In this document: positions 61,662 to 64,000 of the stretch, piece after piece
Layout of the letters: each line of letters starts with the position of its first letter
How positions within the stretch are numbered: the stretch's first letter is position 1
DNA from: Candidatus Babelota bacterium
GTDB taxonomy: Bacteria > Babelota > Babeliae > Babelales > Vermiphilaceae
Direction: 5' to 3'
Length of the DNA: 64,000 nt
NCBI GenBank assembly: GCA_018266085.1
Contig: JAFEAZ010000008.1
Coordinates: 3,278 to 67,277, forward strand
Made by a program: the position numbers and the translations under genes
Notes under the pieces: model-generated
The model's input: the letters and a program-made list of their open reading frames with translations, nothing else
The model's database searches: none
What the model was told of the DNA's origin: nothing

Positions 61662-61859
61662 TGTTTTAAAGGAGAGCCATTCTCATACGTGCAGATCCCG
61701 TTCTCTTGAAAGCATTCTTCTGCTATACTTTTTCATGTCACGCCAAACAGCTGGCTTAAAACTAACTGTGGAGCTCTGCGTATGCTCATGCTACTTGTCA
61801 CTATTGCACCGATGGTAGTATCTTTCGCATGCTTCTCACCTTTATTTGAGGAATAAATT

Positions 61860-62291
61860 ATGAACTTTTTAGATAATCTTCATGCAGTTTTGATTTCAAT
61901 AAGTATAGCTATTCTATTGCCTATAACGGTCTATTGGGGCGTCAGTAGTGTCTATGCCTGCCCGAATTGGCGAGACTTTAACCTAGAATATACACAAGAA
62001 CCTGACGCTGATGAGGCGCAAAACGATATACGGTTGGCAGCATGGGAAGAAGCAAAAAAACCCTTCAATAAGGCTCTTTTTTCCACAGCAACTTTGATAG
62101 GGCTATTGCTTATTGTCGTCGGCTCCTATAGCCCTATTAAGGCTCTTTCAATCGGATTACTTGCGGGCGGTTTATTCACTTTTTTAATGGGATTAACGGT
62201 CAATCCGGGCATAGCGCTCTTAAATTTTGTTATAGCAGCGCTTATTTTAATGATTATTATTGTTTCGTTAATGATACAGAGAAAAAGTTGA
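61860..62291 (+). CDS. hypothetical membrane protein (three or four TMs)
   Basis: GAGGA RBS. TMs AVLISISIAILLPITVYWGV, LIGLLLIVVGSY, LLAGGLFTFLMGL, LLNFVIAALILMIIIVSLMI. Confidence 0.5.
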   Translation: MNFLDNLHAVLISISIAILLPITVYWGVSSVYACPNWRDFNLEYTQEPDADEAQNDIRLAAWEEAKKPFNKALFSTATLIGLLLIVVGSYSPIKALSIGLLAGGLFTFLMGLTVNPGIALLNFVIAALILMIIIVSLMIQRKS

Positions 62292-62335
62292 CATCATCTT
62301 AACGGTTGAAGCAGCCGTTGATCTGCAAAAAAATA

Positions 62336-64000
62336 TTATTCTTGCCGAAGAGTAAATCCAATCAATCGGCTTGCGTTCAATAAGATAAGCACGTCGGAAA
62401 TGGCATGGAAAAAAGCGGCTTGAATCGGATTGATAAGATGCATCAAGGTTAAGGTGAATCCAAGAGCATGCATGAGCAGAAACCCAATAATAAGATTCTG
62501 TTTTATTATTCTAAAAACCTGTTGCGATAATTTTCGTACAAAATAGATATTGCCTAGCTGATTGGTCATGAGTACGATGTCGGCAGCTTCAATAGCAGGC
62601 TCCATACCCATGGCGCCCATGGCGATCCCAACGTTTGCTTGCTTGAGCGCTGCAACATCATTAATCCCATCCCCAATCATGGCGACGCTCATTCCTTGCT
62701 CTTGCAGCTGGTCAAGGAGCTTCAATTTGTCTTCGGGAAAGGCTTGCCCATAGGCGCGGGTAATACCAAGCTGTTGAGCGATAGTTTCAGTTATCGCTGT
62801 GCTGTCACCACTGAGCAGTATCATCTGGCTAATGCCAGCTTTTTTGAGACGTTCGATGGTAGCTTGTGCGTCAGGCCGTAGTGTGTCCATAACGGTTATC
62901 ATGCCAATAACCTTGCCATTGCAGGCAAGATAATGATTGCTGTAGCTATGTTGATTGGCAATTCTGTCGAAAGGAATGGGGCTATTGCCATGTTCTGGTG
63001 CTTCTATGAAATGCTCATTGCCAAAGAAATATCGCTTGCCGCCGAAAAGAATCTCAACACCATGACCGACCAGAGACACGTAGTTCTCTGGTTGATCAAG
63101 ATGTATATGAAGTTCAGCAGCCTTTTTTAAGAGCGTTTTTGCTATTACATGATCTGCTCTCAATTCCGAAATAGCCGCTATTTTTAGTATCTCTTGTTGT
63201 GTGTAGCCTGCATCAAATGAGTGAATATCGACGATGGTAGGTTCGCCGAGGGTGAGGGTTCCTGTCTTGTCAAAAATCATCGTAGTGACCGATGCGAGCT
63301 GTTCTAGTGCGCGACCCCCTTTAATTAGGATGCCGTGGCGAAATGCGGCGACAGTGCCTGCCAGTACCGTAAGCGGCGTTACTAATGAAAGTTCGAGCGG
63401 TGAGCCAAAGATGAGGAGCGTAATGACCAATTCAAGATTACCCGTGACGAGCCATACAATGAAAATGAGCAGCAAAATACTGGGGACCAAGATGAGCGCA
63501 ATTTTATTGGTCAGGAGTGTGATTTTTGCTTTTTTTTGTTCAGCCTGTTCAAACAATGAGGCCATTTTGCTAAACAAGCTCTCTTGATGCACTTTTTGTA
63601 CCTGGACAATGATGCTGCCGCTTTCAATAAAAGTTCCTGCAAAGACTTGATTGTTGATCCTTTTTTCTCGGGGCATGCTTTCGCCGGTAAGCGTCGCTTC
63701 GTTAATAGTCCCATTCCCCTCAATAATAAAACCATCAACTGGTATGCGGCTTCCTGTTTTTACCAGCACCTGCATGCCAGGCCGTACCTGTTCAATGGCA
63801 AGAACGGTCTCTCTGTTGTTTTCTAACACGATAGCCGTTGAAGGCATAAGTTTAATAAGGTTTTCAATGGCGTGATGCGTATGTTGTTCGATGATAATCT
63901 CAATATAGCGAGCAAAGAGCATGATTAGCAAGACATACATGATAGCTATTTCTTGTTTGCCAATCACGGCTACGATGGTTGCAAAAACGAGGAAGAATTC
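62336..64000 (-). CDS. P1B-like P-type ATPase, C-terminal about 555 codons; gene continues beyond the right edge
   Basis: TGES, DKTGTLT, GDGINDVAAL. The frame stays open from 63967 to 64000 (EFFLVFATIVAV...). The TM6 motif reads SPL instead of CPC/SPC. Confidence 0.85.
   Translation of the reverse strand, partial: EFFLVFATIVAVIGKQEIAIMYVLLIMLFARYIEIIIEQHTHHAIENLIKLMPSTAIVLENNRETVLAIEQVRPGMQVLVKTGSRIPVDGFIIEGNGTINEATLTGESMPREKRINNQVFAGTFIESGSIIVQVQKVHQESLFSKMASLFEQAEQKKAKITLLTNKIALILVPSILLLIFIVWLVTGNLELVITLLIFGSPLELSLVTPLTVLAGTVAAFRHGILIKGGRALEQLASVTTMIFDKTGTLTLGEPTIVDIHSFDAGYTQQEILKIAAISELRADHVIAKTLLKKAAELHIHLDQPENYVSLVGHGVEILFGGKRYFFGNEHFIEAPEHGNSPIPFDRIANQHSYSNHYLACNGKVIGMITVMDTLRPDAQATIERLKKAGISQMILLSGDSTAITETIAQQLGITRAYGQAFPEDKLKLLDQLQEQGMSVAMIGDGINDVAALKQANVGIAMGAMGMEPAIEAADIVLMTNQLGNIYFVRKLSQQVFRIIKQNLIIGFLLMHALGFTLTLMHLINPIQAAFFHAISDVLILLNASRLIGFTLRQE

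Overview
This is a compact bacterial chromosomal segment with about 70 protein genes, four tRNA genes and one decayed tRNA copy. I saw no rRNA, CRISPR array, transposase or integrase. All calls rest on reading the supplied ORF translations and the DNA by eye; no searches or computations were run.

Recognisable housekeeping genes:
- sufC-sufB-sufD-sufS operon (10.8-6.3 kb, minus strand), with a separate sufU-type scaffold gene at 0.7-1.1 kb
- Lig1-type ATP-dependent DNA ligase
- ABC-2 exporter pair
- plsY and pgsA, plus a second CDP-alcohol phosphatidyltransferase
- secD, hemW
- a GT4 glycosyltransferase next to an MprF-C-like gene
- dus, mreC, sppA
- nfeD/SPFH pair
- ppsA, brnQ, htrA, ssb, mnmA
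- glutathione-independent formaldehyde dehydrogenase
- grpE, maf
- rpmH-rnpA-yidD
- tlyA
- a P1B-type ATPase that is partial at the right edge

Most notable observations:
1. An uninterrupted same-strand array of nine paralogous genes (11.1-17.7 kb). Each encodes a signal-peptide protein built from one or two copies of a shared, apparently uncharacterised module.
2. A two-gene unit (51.07-54.44 kb). One gene encodes a prokaryotic pentameric ligand-gated ion channel homologue. The other encodes a secreted fusion of a catalytically dead PPP-phosphatase-like domain to a type-1 periplasmic binding domain.
3. Two short repeat families. One is a roughly 27-bp palindrome (GTCATCCCCG-n-CGGGGATCC) found six times. 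The other is a 35-nt hairpin element lying immediately 3' of tRNA genes; a further copy sits inside a decayed duplicate of tRNA-Arg(CCT).
4. A 655-aa secreted orphan protein with a His...Cys arrangement reminiscent of clan-CD (caspase/CHAT-like) peptidases.

Many other genes encode orphan secreted or coiled-coil proteins, which is compatible with a host-associated or uncultivated lineage. I cannot assign taxonomy from the sequence alone.
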